Source of the DNA: Dehalococcoidia bacterium
GTDB lineage: Bacteria > Chloroflexota > Dehalococcoidia > Plut-88900
Length of the DNA: 64,000 bases
Assembly (NCBI GenBank): GCA_965197645.1
Contig: OZ240219.1
Coordinates: 2,240,001 to 2,304,000, forward strand
Direction of reading: 5' to 3'
Shown here: piece after piece, positions 30,063-40,090 of the stretch
Position numbering within the stretch: position 1 is the stretch's first letter
Layout of the letters: every line of letters starts with the position of its first letter
Made by a program: the position numbers and the translations under genes
Notes under the pieces: generated by a model
What the model saw: only the letters and a program-made list of their open reading frames with translations
What the model was told of the DNA's origin: nothing
Database searches by the model: none

Positions 30063-32006
30063 CTATTCGTACCTGATCCTCGGATCAAGCCAGCTGTATA
30101 CCAGGTCGACTAACAGGTTCAGAACTACCACTACCAGGCCCAGGAACATCGCCAGACCCTGTATCAGCGGCAGGTCCCTATCGCCTATGCCGTCGAACAT
30201 CAACCTTCCCAACCCGGGGACGTTGAACACCCTTTCTATGATTACCAGCTGGCCCAACTGATACGGAATCAGCAACCCTATCATGGTAACTACCGGGATC
30301 AGGGCGTTCTTCAAAGCGTGACGGAATATCACCATCCGGGCGCGGAGGCCCTTGGAGAAGGCTGTTCTCATGTAGTCCTGTCGCATGACCTCCAGCATCA
30401 TGGACCGGGTCAGACGCATGATTTCAGCCATGACCGGGAGGGAGGCGACCAGGGAGGGCAGCATGAAGAAGTACAGGTTCTTGCCCGGGTTTTCGAAGAA
30501 CTCTACATATTGTAGTGGAGGAACCCATCCTAGCCAGTAGCTGGGCACGAGGATAACCATGAGCGCCAACCAGAAGCTGGGGATGGCCAGGCCTCCTATG
30601 GCGAAGCTGCGTCCTACGAAATCGCCCCACGTGTCCTGACGCACGGCGGAGAACACGCCGATGGGTATGGCCAGCACCACTCCTGTGATCACGCTCATCA
30701 GCATCAGCTGCATGCTGGGGCCAAGCTTTAACCGGATGTCTTCCATTACGGGTTTACCGCCGAACAGGAACCTCTCTCCCAGGTTTCCGCCTAGTATTCC
30801 CCAATCCCAGAAGCTGTCTATCGCCGGGGCCCATGCCCTGACCTTCCCGCTGGAGCTGATGAACACCTGAAGGTCTCTGATCGGGTACTCGATGGGCGGG
30901 GTTTCTACAGCCTTGTCACCCTCGATCTTGGGGACGCTGACGCCTCTTCGATCCCACGTGGCGCCCCCGTTCCCGGTGATGAGGAATACCCCGTCGTCTC
31001 CGACGATTACACCGGCCTCCTCATTGCCGAAGTCCACCGCCGACAATTTGGAATCCAGGTCCGGTATGGGAACCACGGATGACCATGCCAGGCCGCCATT
31101 GTCGCTGCGAAGGACCGTCCCGCTGTCTCCTACCGCCCAAACTCTGGATGGGCTGGCGTAGGATACCGAGTTGAGGGTGCTCTCGGTCCCGCTCTCGGCT
31201 GCGAACCACGACGAGCCTCCGTCGGTGGTGGCCAGGATAGTTCCCGAGCTTCCGACCACCACACCCTCCGATTCATCTGCAAATTCGATCGAGGTGAAGT
31301 CGGCATTCGTGCCGGTGTCCTGTTGGGTCCACGTGACGCCGCCGTCTCCCGTAAAGAGCAGTGTGCCGTCGTCCCCTGTTATCCAACCTCTGCTCTCGCC
31401 GACGAACAGCACATCGGTGAGCTTCTTGTTGGCGCCGGTGTCCACAGGCTGCCACGTCTCCTCCAGTAGGCCTCCCCGGCCGGTATTCTTCTTACCGCCT
31501 TCGGTCGTATGGAGGACGGTGCCTTTGTTTCCTACGGCCCATCCGACGTTTTCATCCCCAAAATAGACCGAGTTTATACTCTGAGAGCCCAGGTGCTGAT
31601 TGGACCACTGGGTGCCACCATCTCTGGTCTGGAAGATCATGTTTTCCCGGATCCCCCAGCCCATGGTCGGCGTGAGGAAAGAAACCCCGGAGAACGGTTT
31701 GACGTCCTCGAGCACTGACCTCCGCCAGGTCTCTCCACCGTCGGTGGTGCGGTATATGGCGCCCTCGTCCTTGGGCCAGCCCACGATCCATCGTATGTAC
31801 TGCTCCCAGAACGGTTTGTCCAGGCCCAGCTTGCCTTTTACCAGCTCGATGCGGGACGGGTCTCTATTGAACTGGGTGCCAATTCCTCCCGTGGCCTGGG
31901 CGATGACGTCCCCGGGCAGCAGCCGCAGCATCAATGCCAAAAGCAGGGAGGCGACAATCAGCGTGGGGAAGATGAGGAGGACTCTTCTGATTGTGTACTG
32001 TCCCAT
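30063..32006 (-). CDS. DppB-like ABC permease with an inserted Asp-box/YCF48-like beta-propeller domain
   Basis: DppB N-terminus (PGD, LGLDKP..QY..W) and C-terminus (QDYMRTAFSKGL, HALKNAL, DLVYSWLDPRIRY) separated by 7 T.DGG.TW-type repeats. Confidence 0.9.
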   Translation of the reverse strand: MGQYTIRRVLLIFPTLIVASLLLALMLRLLPGDVIAQATGGIGTQFNRDPSRIELVKGKLGLDKPFWEQYIRWIVGWPKDEGAIYRTTDGGETWRRSVLEDVKPFSGVSFLTPTMGWGIRENMIFQTRDGGTQWSNQHLGSQSINSVYFGDENVGWAVGNKGTVLHTTEGGKKNTGRGGLLEETWQPVDTGANKKLTDVLFVGESRGWITGDDGTLLFTGDGGVTWTQQDTGTNADFTSIEFADESEGVVVGSSGTILATTDGGSSWFAAESGTESTLNSVSYASPSRVWAVGDSGTVLRSDNGGLAWSSVVPIPDLDSKLSAVDFGNEEAGVIVGDDGVFLITGNGGATWDRRGVSVPKIEGDKAVETPPIEYPIRDLQVFISSSGKVRAWAPAIDSFWDWGILGGNLGERFLFGGKPVMEDIRLKLGPSMQLMLMSVITGVVLAIPIGVFSAVRQDTWGDFVGRSFAIGGLAIPSFWLALMVILVPSYWLGWVPPLQYVEFFENPGKNLYFFMLPSLVASLPVMAEIMRLTRSMMLEVMRQDYMRTAFSKGLRARMVIFRHALKNALIPVVTMIGLLIPYQLGQLVIIERVFNVPGLGRLMFDGIGDRDLPLIQGLAMFLGLVVVVLNLLVDLVYSWLDPRIRYE

Positions 32007-32122
32007 TTGCTGCGTACTCTTTCAGTTACTGCTCTGCGAATCGTAGAGTTCCGGTCGGCGAAACTGTCTAAAGTCGGCGGGCGCCTCTGATATGCCGGGG
32101 AGGCCCGCTCAGTTCAACTGCC

Positions 32123-34042
32123 TTAGTTACCTCTGCCTGGTGCGTCTTCCGCCAGCCAGGCCCACGTGAAGGCGAAACCTGAGTTGGGGACCAGGGTGCC
32201 CTTCTGGGCGCCCACGTTCTTGAGCCATGGCGGATAGATGTTCTGTGCCAGGAAGTTGGGCACCATCCACTCGTACTGCTTCTCCGCCAGGTAGCTCTGG
32301 ATGTTGTGGAGGATCTCGAGGCGGGTATCGAAGTCCTGCTCCACCCGCTGGGCATCGATCATCTCCGTCAGCACCGGATCGTTGATTCCGCCCCGGTTGT
32401 CGTCACCGTCGGGGTGATAGTTACGGTAGAAGAAGCCATCCGGGTCCAGCTCCGCGTGGCCGTAGGAGTACTGGATACAGCACCACTCGAAGGGTGGGAC
32501 CACTATGCTGGTGTTCCACTCGGTGTAGTCTAGTACGACGATCTCCGTCTCAATGTCTATGTCTGCCAGCCAGGCCTTGATAAGCTCGGTAATGCCGGCA
32601 AAGTAGTCGGCCAGGTTGTGAGTGTAGATGGTCCCACCGTCGATCTTATCGTCAGGCCCGAGACCCATCTCCGCCTTGACCTCGGCGACCAGGGCCCTGG
32701 CGCCCTCGATGTCACGGATGGGGTTACCCGCCGCGTCCCTCGGGTAGTTTGCCATACCCAGGTCGGTCAACTCGTCCCAGGGAAGGAACCAGGGGGCATC
32801 GGCGTTCATCTCTCTGGCCTCTACCACCCCCCAGGTGCCGGCCCATGGGGTGAATGTACGGTCGACAACCCGGGACACGGCCTGGCGCAGCTTCTCGTTG
32901 TTGAAGGGAGGCCGGTCTATCTTGGACTGTATCCTCCACCCGGGGAACGCGCCGTCGCTGAAGCTTCGGAAATCCAGGACTAGCTCGGGGTCGGTGGATT
33001 TCAGAGACTCGTAAACGTCGTTGTCACCGGACCACCAGCCCCAGTAGTAGAAGGCCGGGCCGACGTCTATGTCGTGGCCACGGTACATGGCCAGCTTGGT
33101 GGCGTCGTCGGTTACGAACAGCGCCTCCACCCGGTCGATGTAGGGCAACTCTTCTCCGGTGATGCCATCGGCGCCGCGGAAGTAGTTCGGGTTCCGCACG
33201 AATACTTGCTTCACTCCCGGCTCATGCTCCAGGAGCATCCAGGGGCCCGCTCCTATGCTGGATTCCGGTGAGTCGAAGCCACCGAACTCCTCCAACACCT
33301 CGGGAGCGTAGATCGGGAAGTAGGAGTTGGCCGTGTGGGGCAGGAATCCCGGGAAGGTACTGCTCAGTGTGAAGACCACCGTGTCCTCGTCGATGGCCTC
33401 AACGCTCGCCAGGGGCCCGAGGCTGCCTTTGATTTGGCTGGATTCCAATACCCGGCTGTAGGAAAAGGCAACGTCGTGGGCGGTCACTTCCCGGCCGTTT
33501 AGTGGAGGCCGGTCCTCCCACTCGACGCCATCCCGTATGTGGAAGGTGTAGACGGTGCCGTCATCGCTCACCTCCCAGGACTCGGCCAGGTAGGGGTATA
33601 CGGTGTAGTCCGTTGTGTCTCGCCAGTCGCAGTAGTCGACCTGCGTAAGCGTCAGGTGGGTGAAGCTCTGGGTGGCACCGGCTCCGTAAGGGTCCAGGGC
33701 GCCCATGGCATCGTAGCTGGCGGGCTCGTAGGCGGTGACACGCAATGTGCCCCCATGGGAAGCAGTTTCACCCTCTACGATGCACTGGGGCATCTCACCC
33801 ACAGCAGCCATCGCCTGTGAGGGAGCCTCCTCCATGGGTTCATCCTCCATGGCAGTAGGCGTCGACTCCATCGCTTCCGGCTCATCGGTAGCCTCCGGCA
33901 TCGCAGGAGTCTCTTCCATCATCGCCTCAGGCGTAGATGGGGCGGGCGTAGGAGTAGCCGCCTCGCCGCAGGCAGCGGCGACAACGGCAACAATCACCAC
34001 GAGACCTACTATCAACAACGGAATCTTCTTGTACTTTGGCAT
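32123..34042 (-). CDS. Peptide-type (SBP_bac_5) substrate-binding lipoprotein
   Basis: Lipobox AAAC, acidic M/P/E linker, GGTL, PYLAESWEVSDDG.YTFHIR, GAGPW. Confidence 0.92.
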   Translation of the reverse strand: MPKYKKIPLLIVGLVVIVAVVAAACGEAATPTPAPSTPEAMMEETPAMPEATDEPEAMESTPTAMEDEPMEEAPSQAMAAVGEMPQCIVEGETASHGGTLRVTAYEPASYDAMGALDPYGAGATQSFTHLTLTQVDYCDWRDTTDYTVYPYLAESWEVSDDGTVYTFHIRDGVEWEDRPPLNGREVTAHDVAFSYSRVLESSQIKGSLGPLASVEAIDEDTVVFTLSSTFPGFLPHTANSYFPIYAPEVLEEFGGFDSPESSIGAGPWMLLEHEPGVKQVFVRNPNYFRGADGITGEELPYIDRVEALFVTDDATKLAMYRGHDIDVGPAFYYWGWWSGDNDVYESLKSTDPELVLDFRSFSDGAFPGWRIQSKIDRPPFNNEKLRQAVSRVVDRTFTPWAGTWGVVEAREMNADAPWFLPWDELTDLGMANYPRDAAGNPIRDIEGARALVAEVKAEMGLGPDDKIDGGTIYTHNLADYFAGITELIKAWLADIDIETEIVVLDYTEWNTSIVVPPFEWCCIQYSYGHAELDPDGFFYRNYHPDGDDNRGGINDPVLTEMIDAQRVEQDFDTRLEILHNIQSYLAEKQYEWMVPNFLAQNIYPPWLKNVGAQKGTLVPNSGFAFTWAWLAEDAPGRGN

Positions 34043-34125
34043 CAGTGCCCCTTCTCAGAAATTAGCGATTGTAGAGGGAGGATAGATGGGAAGTTTTGCT
34101 AGCCGCCCCTAGCGAGATAGCGGGT

Positions 34126-34154
34126 AGTATAGGCTCCGGTGTATTATCTGTCAA
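34126..34154 (-). promoter_or_regulatory. Sigma70 promoter for the SBP-dppB-dppC operon
   Basis: TTGACA-N17-TATACT on the minus strand. Confidence 0.75.
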
Positions 34155-34324
34155 CGCTGGCGTCGGGTGACCGGGGCATGAGACAGCGAGGGTATTCTTC
34201 GGTATCGCTGGCCCCCCCTACGGCTATCAAATGACGGGCACCGTTCACAGTGACAGGGTTTTCCCAAGGGGCGCTGGATCACTCGGCTCCACCAACAAAC
34301 GAGGGGGTAAGGTGATCTACGTGT

Positions 34325-34353
34325 TTGACCGCGTTTTCGAGGGTCTGTACAAT
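34325..34353 (+). promoter_or_regulatory. Sigma70 promoter for the amidohydrolase
   Basis: TTGACC-N17-TACAAT. Confidence 0.7.
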
Positions 34354-34444
34354 CAGCATCGTTAAGGAAACGAGCTCTTTGGCCGCCCGCAGCTTAACAC
34401 GGGAAATGTCAGTCAACTGATCGGCAATCACTGTAGGAGGCGCC

Positions 34445-35587
34445 ATGACAAACTACAAGGTGATTTCAGCAGACTCCCACGCGGAGGAGCCCCAGTCGCT
34501 CTACGAAAGGCTGCCCGCCGAGTATCGAGCCCGGGCGCCTCATAACGAGCGCATCGATGGCCGCAACTACCTGGTCGTCGAAGGCCGACCTCCCATCACC
34601 CTCGATCCGCCCAACGAGCTGATGGAAGAGGACCACCGGAAAGACGTCGCCATGCGGCTGAAGGTGTTCGATCAGACCGTAACCGACAGAAACCTGGGAA
34701 TCGACATCGAAGCCCGCCTGTCGGACATCGCCGAGGATGGGGTCAGCGCCGAGGTGGTCTACCCCAACGGCATCTTCTACCCGGCGGGGTCGCCCGACCC
34801 CAAGTTTCAAATGATGCTGGGCAGCCTGTACAACGATTTCTTCGCAGAGGTGTTTGGAGACCGACCGGAGACCTTCGTCGTATCGGCCGTTGTCCCGGTG
34901 ATCGACATTCCCGCCGCAGTGGACGAGGTGAAGAGGGTGGCAGGCATGGGATACCGGTCCCTATCGGTACCCACCAGTGTGACCAACCTACCCTACAACC
35001 AGCCCGACTACGGCCCGCTCTGGGCGGCCATAGACGACGCCCGAATAGCGTTGAGCTTTCACGTTTTCACCCCTGCCGGTCCCGTGGAGGAAACCGAACA
35101 GGGCCCCTCCCAGGTGCAGTACAACGCTGAACAGGGCGAGGACCTGTTCGGCATGGTGCTGGGCATGGCGGAGGCGATGAGCCCGCTCAGCATGCTGACG
35201 GCGGCCGGAGTGCTGGACCGGCACCCGGACCTGAACTTCGTGCTGGTGGAGTCTGGGACCGGGTGGTTGGCGTGGATCCTCTACGCCATGGACGATGTGG
35301 TGAAACGGCGCCACATGTGGCAACGACCCAAGCTCAGCATGTTGCCCAGCGAGTACTTCAAACGGCAGGGGTACATCACCTTCGGCGACGATCCCGTCGG
35401 CCTGTTGACACGGGAGCTGACCGGTGTGAACGGGATTATGTGGGGCAGCGATTATCCCCACGAAGAAGGGACCTTCCCCAACTCTCGCGAGGTGATTGAC
35501 CAGATCTTCCGGGACCTGCCCGAAGAGGATACCCGGAAGATAGTGGGAGAGAACGCGGCGCGCCTCTACGGCTTCGACCTGAACTAG
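34445..35587 (+). CDS. Amidohydrolase_2 family protein (paralog of 46242..47381)
   Basis: SADSHAEEP, FHVF, LVESG, WGSDYPH, ENAARLY. Confidence 0.92.
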   Translation: MTNYKVISADSHAEEPQSLYERLPAEYRARAPHNERIDGRNYLVVEGRPPITLDPPNELMEEDHRKDVAMRLKVFDQTVTDRNLGIDIEARLSDIAEDGVSAEVVYPNGIFYPAGSPDPKFQMMLGSLYNDFFAEVFGDRPETFVVSAVVPVIDIPAAVDEVKRVAGMGYRSLSVPTSVTNLPYNQPDYGPLWAAIDDARIALSFHVFTPAGPVEETEQGPSQVQYNAEQGEDLFGMVLGMAEAMSPLSMLTAAGVLDRHPDLNFVLVESGTGWLAWILYAMDDVVKRRHMWQRPKLSMLPSEYFKRQGYITFGDDPVGLLTRELTGVNGIMWGSDYPHEEGTFPNSREVIDQIFRDLPEEDTRKIVGENAARLYGFDLN

Positions 35588-35592
35588 CCCGC

Positions 35593-35629
35593 TTCTGAGG
35601 GACACCCTCAGGCTCCCGGCAAAGGGGCT
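35593..35629. repeat. Partial copy of the MITE internal motif
   Basis: TTCTGAGGGACACCCTCAGGCTCCCGGC matches the cores of 17052-17245 and 55539-55710. Confidence 0.7.
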
Positions 35630-35736
35630 ATGTAGGGTTCTGTCAGCCACTCCACGAGCTATCGGGACGACGATACGTTCGTTACTGATGGAGTACACGG
35701 TTAATCGCGTGCGGTGTACGGGGGAGGAGGCATGAG

Positions 35737-37662
35737 ATGTTGAGGATGATTCCCGGCCCAACGCAAAGAGGAATAGCCTCCGGCCTGTTTACCCTTGCTC
35801 TTGGCCTCGCCCTGATTGCCGCCGCCTGCGGGGAACCCACTAGCGGCCCGGACACGCCCACACCCTCGTCCGCTGGACAGCAGGAGAGCGTTCCCGACGA
35901 GTCCATGCCCCCGTACATTGACGAACCGGAGGAGGTTTCGGACATGCCGGCTGCCTCGGTCACGCCGGGTGTGGAAGACTTTGCCTCGGATAAGTCAGAG
36001 AGCGGTGATGATGACTCCGCCGTACTGATTATGAGTGACTTGATCGAGTTCCACGGCGCCGGCACAGCTTCATTGGATGACCGGATATACGAATCCCATG
36101 GAATCGTTCGGGCGTGCCTCCTCTCCGCTGCCGACGGCGTGCTGTGGTTCAGGGCCATCGAGTACCTCAGAGGGTCGGGGACCGATGAGTTCATAGTCTG
36201 GGCTTCCACCGATAGACGGAACAAGGAGTGGGACGGCAGGGAAGCGGTACTCTTCCTGAGGTATTGGTGGGGTGACACCACAACCCAGACGTCTGGGAGC
36301 CGTGTGTCGGAGTTCGTGTTCACGGATACCGAGTCTCCCTACGTTCCCTACACGGGAAAGCTTCCGGAGGGCTACACGATAGACACCCGGAACCCGGTGT
36401 GGCTTCCTGCGGCATCGGAATCGGGTACCACAACGAGTGGCACGGACGGGGCCTCAGGCCCCGATCCAGAGTTTATTACCGATTTGCATTCACCCACGGG
36501 CGCTCCCTATCCCATCGTATCCCTGGCGGAGCTGCGGGCCAAGATAGCTTGGGTCAAGGGGGGAGAAGGGATCGAAGGGTATGACTCGTGCCTTCGTTAT
36601 AGCCTGGGCTATCTGGCGTATTATCGAGACTGGGAAACGTACCATGGAAGTGAGTGGGAGCCGTATCAATCCGAGAGACAAGTGGCCTCGGGGGCAGAAG
36701 AAGGGACCGTCATATCCGATTACGGGCTTTTTCGAGGCGAAAGAGGATACGGTACGTTCACACTTACCGACCCGGACTCCTCAGGGTCCAGAGATGCACG
36801 TTTCTTCAGTTCGCTGGTCGTCGACAACGACGAAGTAGCGTCCAACGGGTACAGCCGAGTTCTCGCGACTGCTCGGCCCCTGCCCAGCGGCACGTACAGG
36901 TTTTTGAGTCATGTGCGAAGGTACGAATACATACCATGTGAGTTCTTTCCTGTAAACAATAGGCTGAAATGGACCATAACGGTGACCTCGCCTCCAGGCA
37001 CGGTCCACGAGGCCTTCTTCGACCCAGTGGCCCTGACACCCGGCGTGGGGTTCTCGGCCACCTCGGGCGTCCTGGACCTCGCCGCCTTCTCCATTGGCGG
37101 GACATCCACCTCCATCAAGGGACTCAAGTGGGCAACCAATGCCGTCGTCATGACCCTCTCCCCCTACGTGTCCCTATCGGGTCAGACCGTTGATTTCATC
37201 GAGTTGGATGGTTCTGTGGGCCTGTCCCTGGCCGCTTCGTCGGCGACGGCGAACAGCACAGCCGGGACGCTGACGTGGACGGTGACAGAGCAGCCGTGGG
37301 AGGATGGAGATCAGTTGATGCTGCGCATAGGCGCCCCTCCACCGGCGATATCCTTGAGTGACCTGGCAAGCTCGGTGGACGAAGGAGCGACCGATTCCTT
37401 CACCGTCAGTGTCTCCAACCTGCCGTCCACGGTCCAATACAGCATCGGTGTGGCGACGTACAATGCCTCCGTCGGCTTCAACAACGACTGCACGACCCTG
37501 TATGAGGACGTGACCATACCCCTGGGCAACACCTCCCACACCGCCTCCTTTACCCTGCACGGTTGCACGACGCCGGGCGGCACAGTGACAGCGATGCTGC
37601 TGCACGAAGGCGCAGCGGTAATCTGGGACATCTCGGAGGTAGCCGTGACGGTGGCGCCGTGA
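35737..37662 (+). CDS. Hypothetical lipoprotein (beta-rich, possibly C-terminally truncated)
   Basis: GGAGG SD, lipobox IAAAC, acidic linker, T/S-rich Ig-like C-terminal part; no recognised catalytic motif. Confidence 0.7.
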   Translation: MLRMIPGPTQRGIASGLFTLALGLALIAAACGEPTSGPDTPTPSSAGQQESVPDESMPPYIDEPEEVSDMPAASVTPGVEDFASDKSESGDDDSAVLIMSDLIEFHGAGTASLDDRIYESHGIVRACLLSAADGVLWFRAIEYLRGSGTDEFIVWASTDRRNKEWDGREAVLFLRYWWGDTTTQTSGSRVSEFVFTDTESPYVPYTGKLPEGYTIDTRNPVWLPAASESGTTTSGTDGASGPDPEFITDLHSPTGAPYPIVSLAELRAKIAWVKGGEGIEGYDSCLRYSLGYLAYYRDWETYHGSEWEPYQSERQVASGAEEGTVISDYGLFRGERGYGTFTLTDPDSSGSRDARFFSSLVVDNDEVASNGYSRVLATARPLPSGTYRFLSHVRRYEYIPCEFFPVNNRLKWTITVTSPPGTVHEAFFDPVALTPGVGFSATSGVLDLAAFSIGGTSTSIKGLKWATNAVVMTLSPYVSLSGQTVDFIELDGSVGLSLAASSATANSTAGTLTWTVTEQPWEDGDQLMLRIGAPPPAISLSDLASSVDEGATDSFTVSVSNLPSTVQYSIGVATYNASVGFNNDCTTLYEDVTIPLGNTSHTASFTLHGCTTPGGTVTAMLLHEGAAVIWDISEVAVTVAP

Positions 37663-37748
37663 AGATGCACAACCCACCCGCGAAGTTTATCATGTTGCCC
37701 CAGGACGGATTGGGCGCCGGGAGACCGTAGCTAGAAAACTCCACAGCC
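37650..37748 (-). pseudogene. Decayed dppC fragment
   Basis: YGLPAPNPSWGNMINFAGGLCIFTAP vs YGVPPPNPSWGNMLSFQGRDYLFRAP in the DppC at 29026-30027; the two share the nucleotide run CATGTTGCCCCAGGA. Confidence 0.75.
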
Positions 37749-37788
37749 CGTCCCCGGTTATCAGTAACCCGCCACGTACCCTGGCGGC

Positions 37789-40044
37789 CTAAGCTGTCGG
37801 GCCGTCGGAGCTGAACCGATCGAGGACGTTCTTCGTTATGCGGGACACGTTGTTGTCATAGTTATTGTGGGAAAGGCTCCCGCACCAGGCGATTGAACCC
37901 ACCGAGAACACACCTCCACCGCTCGGCCCCTCGAAGTACACCAGGTCCGATCTAACCAGCGGGTTCTTACTCCCCCCTCGGTTTCTTTCGAACCGCCATT
38001 CATCGCCCGCCTTAGCTTCGAAGATAAGCGGGTACTCATCGGAAAAACCGGTAGCCCTTGCCAGGACCAGGGCGTGGGGCGGTGTGCCCAAGTCATAGCC
38101 CGCCCGGTCTATCTCAACGCCTCCGGCGCCCCCTTGCTTCAGACCGAAGTTACCGATGACCTCGTCCTTGCCGATGCCTTCGAAGATGAAGGCTGCCCGG
38201 GGGTCGTAGCTGTCCTCCAACCGGTGATACGGCAAGCTGTAATCGAACCCCTCGCCCGTAGACGAGCCTACGCCTATCAGGCGTCCCGAAGGCCGGCCCC
38301 TGGGATTCCAATTCATCCCCGGCTCGCCGGTGAAGCTATGGTGATGCTCTCCAGCCTCGCTCCACGCCCATGCCACCTCCCGCCGCATCTCGATGCAGTG
38401 GGTGCTGTCGGGAGGGAACGAGACCACGGAGAAAAAGCCGTTGCCCCCCAGGTACATGAGACTTCCGTCTCCGGCCAGGTACGTCTCCATCGCATCGAGC
38501 CCCTGCCGCGACCAGTATTCGGGATGGCTTCCCGTCACGACCACGTTATAGGGCTTGAACACCTCGACACCCTCGTGCTGGACGTCTTCGTCGGTGGCGA
38601 CGTCGTAGTCGTAGCCTAGCTCATCCAACCAGTCTACTAGGTGCAAGTCCGCGTTGAACTGCCACGGCCCTCCTCGGCCCAAGCGCTGGTACAGGTTGTA
38701 GTACTTGGGACGCATGGTTAGGTTGGGTCGTAGGCGGGAGGTGTACAAGACTGGAGAGCCGTCGGTATGCTTGTCGTAGGTGCTGTTCAGGTGATTTTCA
38801 TCTATGTACTTGTCCTGCGGCGTGGTGGGCACAAACGCAACGTGTCCGGAATACTCGGTTCTGGGGAACGCATGGTTATTGGCATAGGTGTAGTAGCTGT
38901 TTGTGGGCACCAGAAAGAGGATCTTAGATGAAGGGGCGCCTTGTCCCGGGCGTACGAAGAACGGGACGTAGTCCTCGGAGTCGCCCTCGGTGAGACGGGC
39001 GGCGTAGACCCCGCTTTTGAGGTCTGCCGGCGTCTGGAACTCGAAGCTGACATCCCAACGAGCGTCATCCAGGTCATCGTCGTGGAAGTGAATTGCCGCG
39101 TACTCCTGGGGCGCCAGGTTGAAATTGAGATTGTTGGCGGACCAGTTGTGGCCCGTTATCGATCTGGTGGGCCGGTTGACTGTGTGGCCGTGGAGGCCGT
39201 TGTTGGAGCTATCGGTGATCCTGTTCGAGGAGAAGTCCCTGCCGAAGTCCCAGGCCGCAATTAGACCATCTCCCAGCTCCGAGGGCGAAGCGCCGTCCCG
39301 CAGCGACTCAAGCTCTGACAGGCTCAGGCCGCGCCCGAAGACTGCCGGCCCATCGATTCTGCCGTTGTACAGGCCGGCGATACTGGGCTCTGCAGACTCC
39401 TCACCCTCACAGTAGCCGGCCATGATGAGCGGCATGCTGTTGTCTGCGATCTCCAACCGCCCGATGTCTCTCTCTACTACCGCCGCGCTGTCATCCATCG
39501 GCCACATGGTCTTGGGTTGCTGGTACAGCACCACCCTTCCGGCGGAAGCGTCGTAGGACGCGGCAACAAAGTACCAGGAAGGAGCGTGCAGGTCCGGTGC
39601 GCGGAGGGCCACACCGGTAGAAATGCGCTCCGCCCGTCCATCGCTGCTGCCGATCCATAGAGTCAGACCATTGTCGCCATCCAGGACCAGCCCATAGCCC
39701 GTGCCATCGGAGTCCGACCACTTGGTGAGCAGGCCCTGCGAGCTCTTGGATGGTGTCGTGGAGGAGACCCACGCCGACAGCGTGAAACTCTCCTTCAGCC
39801 GCAGCAGAGGGTTGTCAGGCACAACTGCATAGGAACCCGCCACCAGTTCCTGGGATTGTCCCGATAACGTTCCGACGTTCTGGACCAGCTTTTCCTTGAA
39901 ACCCGGCCCTTCCGGGTTGACGTCTCCGTGAATCAACCGGACGATGTCGGCGTTGTAGCTGGGTAGCTCACAGCTGACCATGAACCGGATCGTATCCCCT
40001 GCGCGTACACTGTAACGATCGGAGTAGCCTACTATATCCATCAC
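37789..40044 (-). CDS. N,N-dimethylformamidase large (beta) subunit family protein
   Basis: 751 aa; IVGYSDR..V..GD.I.F.VS, LamG-like middle, HFHDDDL, SY..YAN, STYD.H.DGS, GSHPEYWS, YLGGNGF, GVEIDR, VFSVGSIAW. Confidence 0.88.
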   Translation of the reverse strand: MMDIVGYSDRYSVRAGDTIRFMVSCELPSYNADIVRLIHGDVNPEGPGFKEKLVQNVGTLSGQSQELVAGSYAVVPDNPLLRLKESFTLSAWVSSTTPSKSSQGLLTKWSDSDGTGYGLVLDGDNGLTLWIGSSDGRAERISTGVALRAPDLHAPSWYFVAASYDASAGRVVLYQQPKTMWPMDDSAAVVERDIGRLEIADNSMPLIMAGYCEGEESAEPSIAGLYNGRIDGPAVFGRGLSLSELESLRDGASPSELGDGLIAAWDFGRDFSSNRITDSSNNGLHGHTVNRPTRSITGHNWSANNLNFNLAPQEYAAIHFHDDDLDDARWDVSFEFQTPADLKSGVYAARLTEGDSEDYVPFFVRPGQGAPSSKILFLVPTNSYYTYANNHAFPRTEYSGHVAFVPTTPQDKYIDENHLNSTYDKHTDGSPVLYTSRLRPNLTMRPKYYNLYQRLGRGGPWQFNADLHLVDWLDELGYDYDVATDEDVQHEGVEVFKPYNVVVTGSHPEYWSRQGLDAMETYLAGDGSLMYLGGNGFFSVVSFPPDSTHCIEMRREVAWAWSEAGEHHHSFTGEPGMNWNPRGRPSGRLIGVGSSTGEGFDYSLPYHRLEDSYDPRAAFIFEGIGKDEVIGNFGLKQGGAGGVEIDRAGYDLGTPPHALVLARATGFSDEYPLIFEAKAGDEWRFERNRGGSKNPLVRSDLVYFEGPSGGGVFSVGSIAWCGSLSHNNYDNNVSRITKNVLDRFSSDGPTA

Positions 40045-40090
40045 GTCCCCCTCTGTTCCTAGATTCTTGCGGACAAGACTCGAGCCGAAT

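Noticed and set aside
30801-31778. Photosynthesis role for the YCF48-like domain
   Set aside because: Asp-box propellers are widespread outside phototrophs, and no photosystem genes are present
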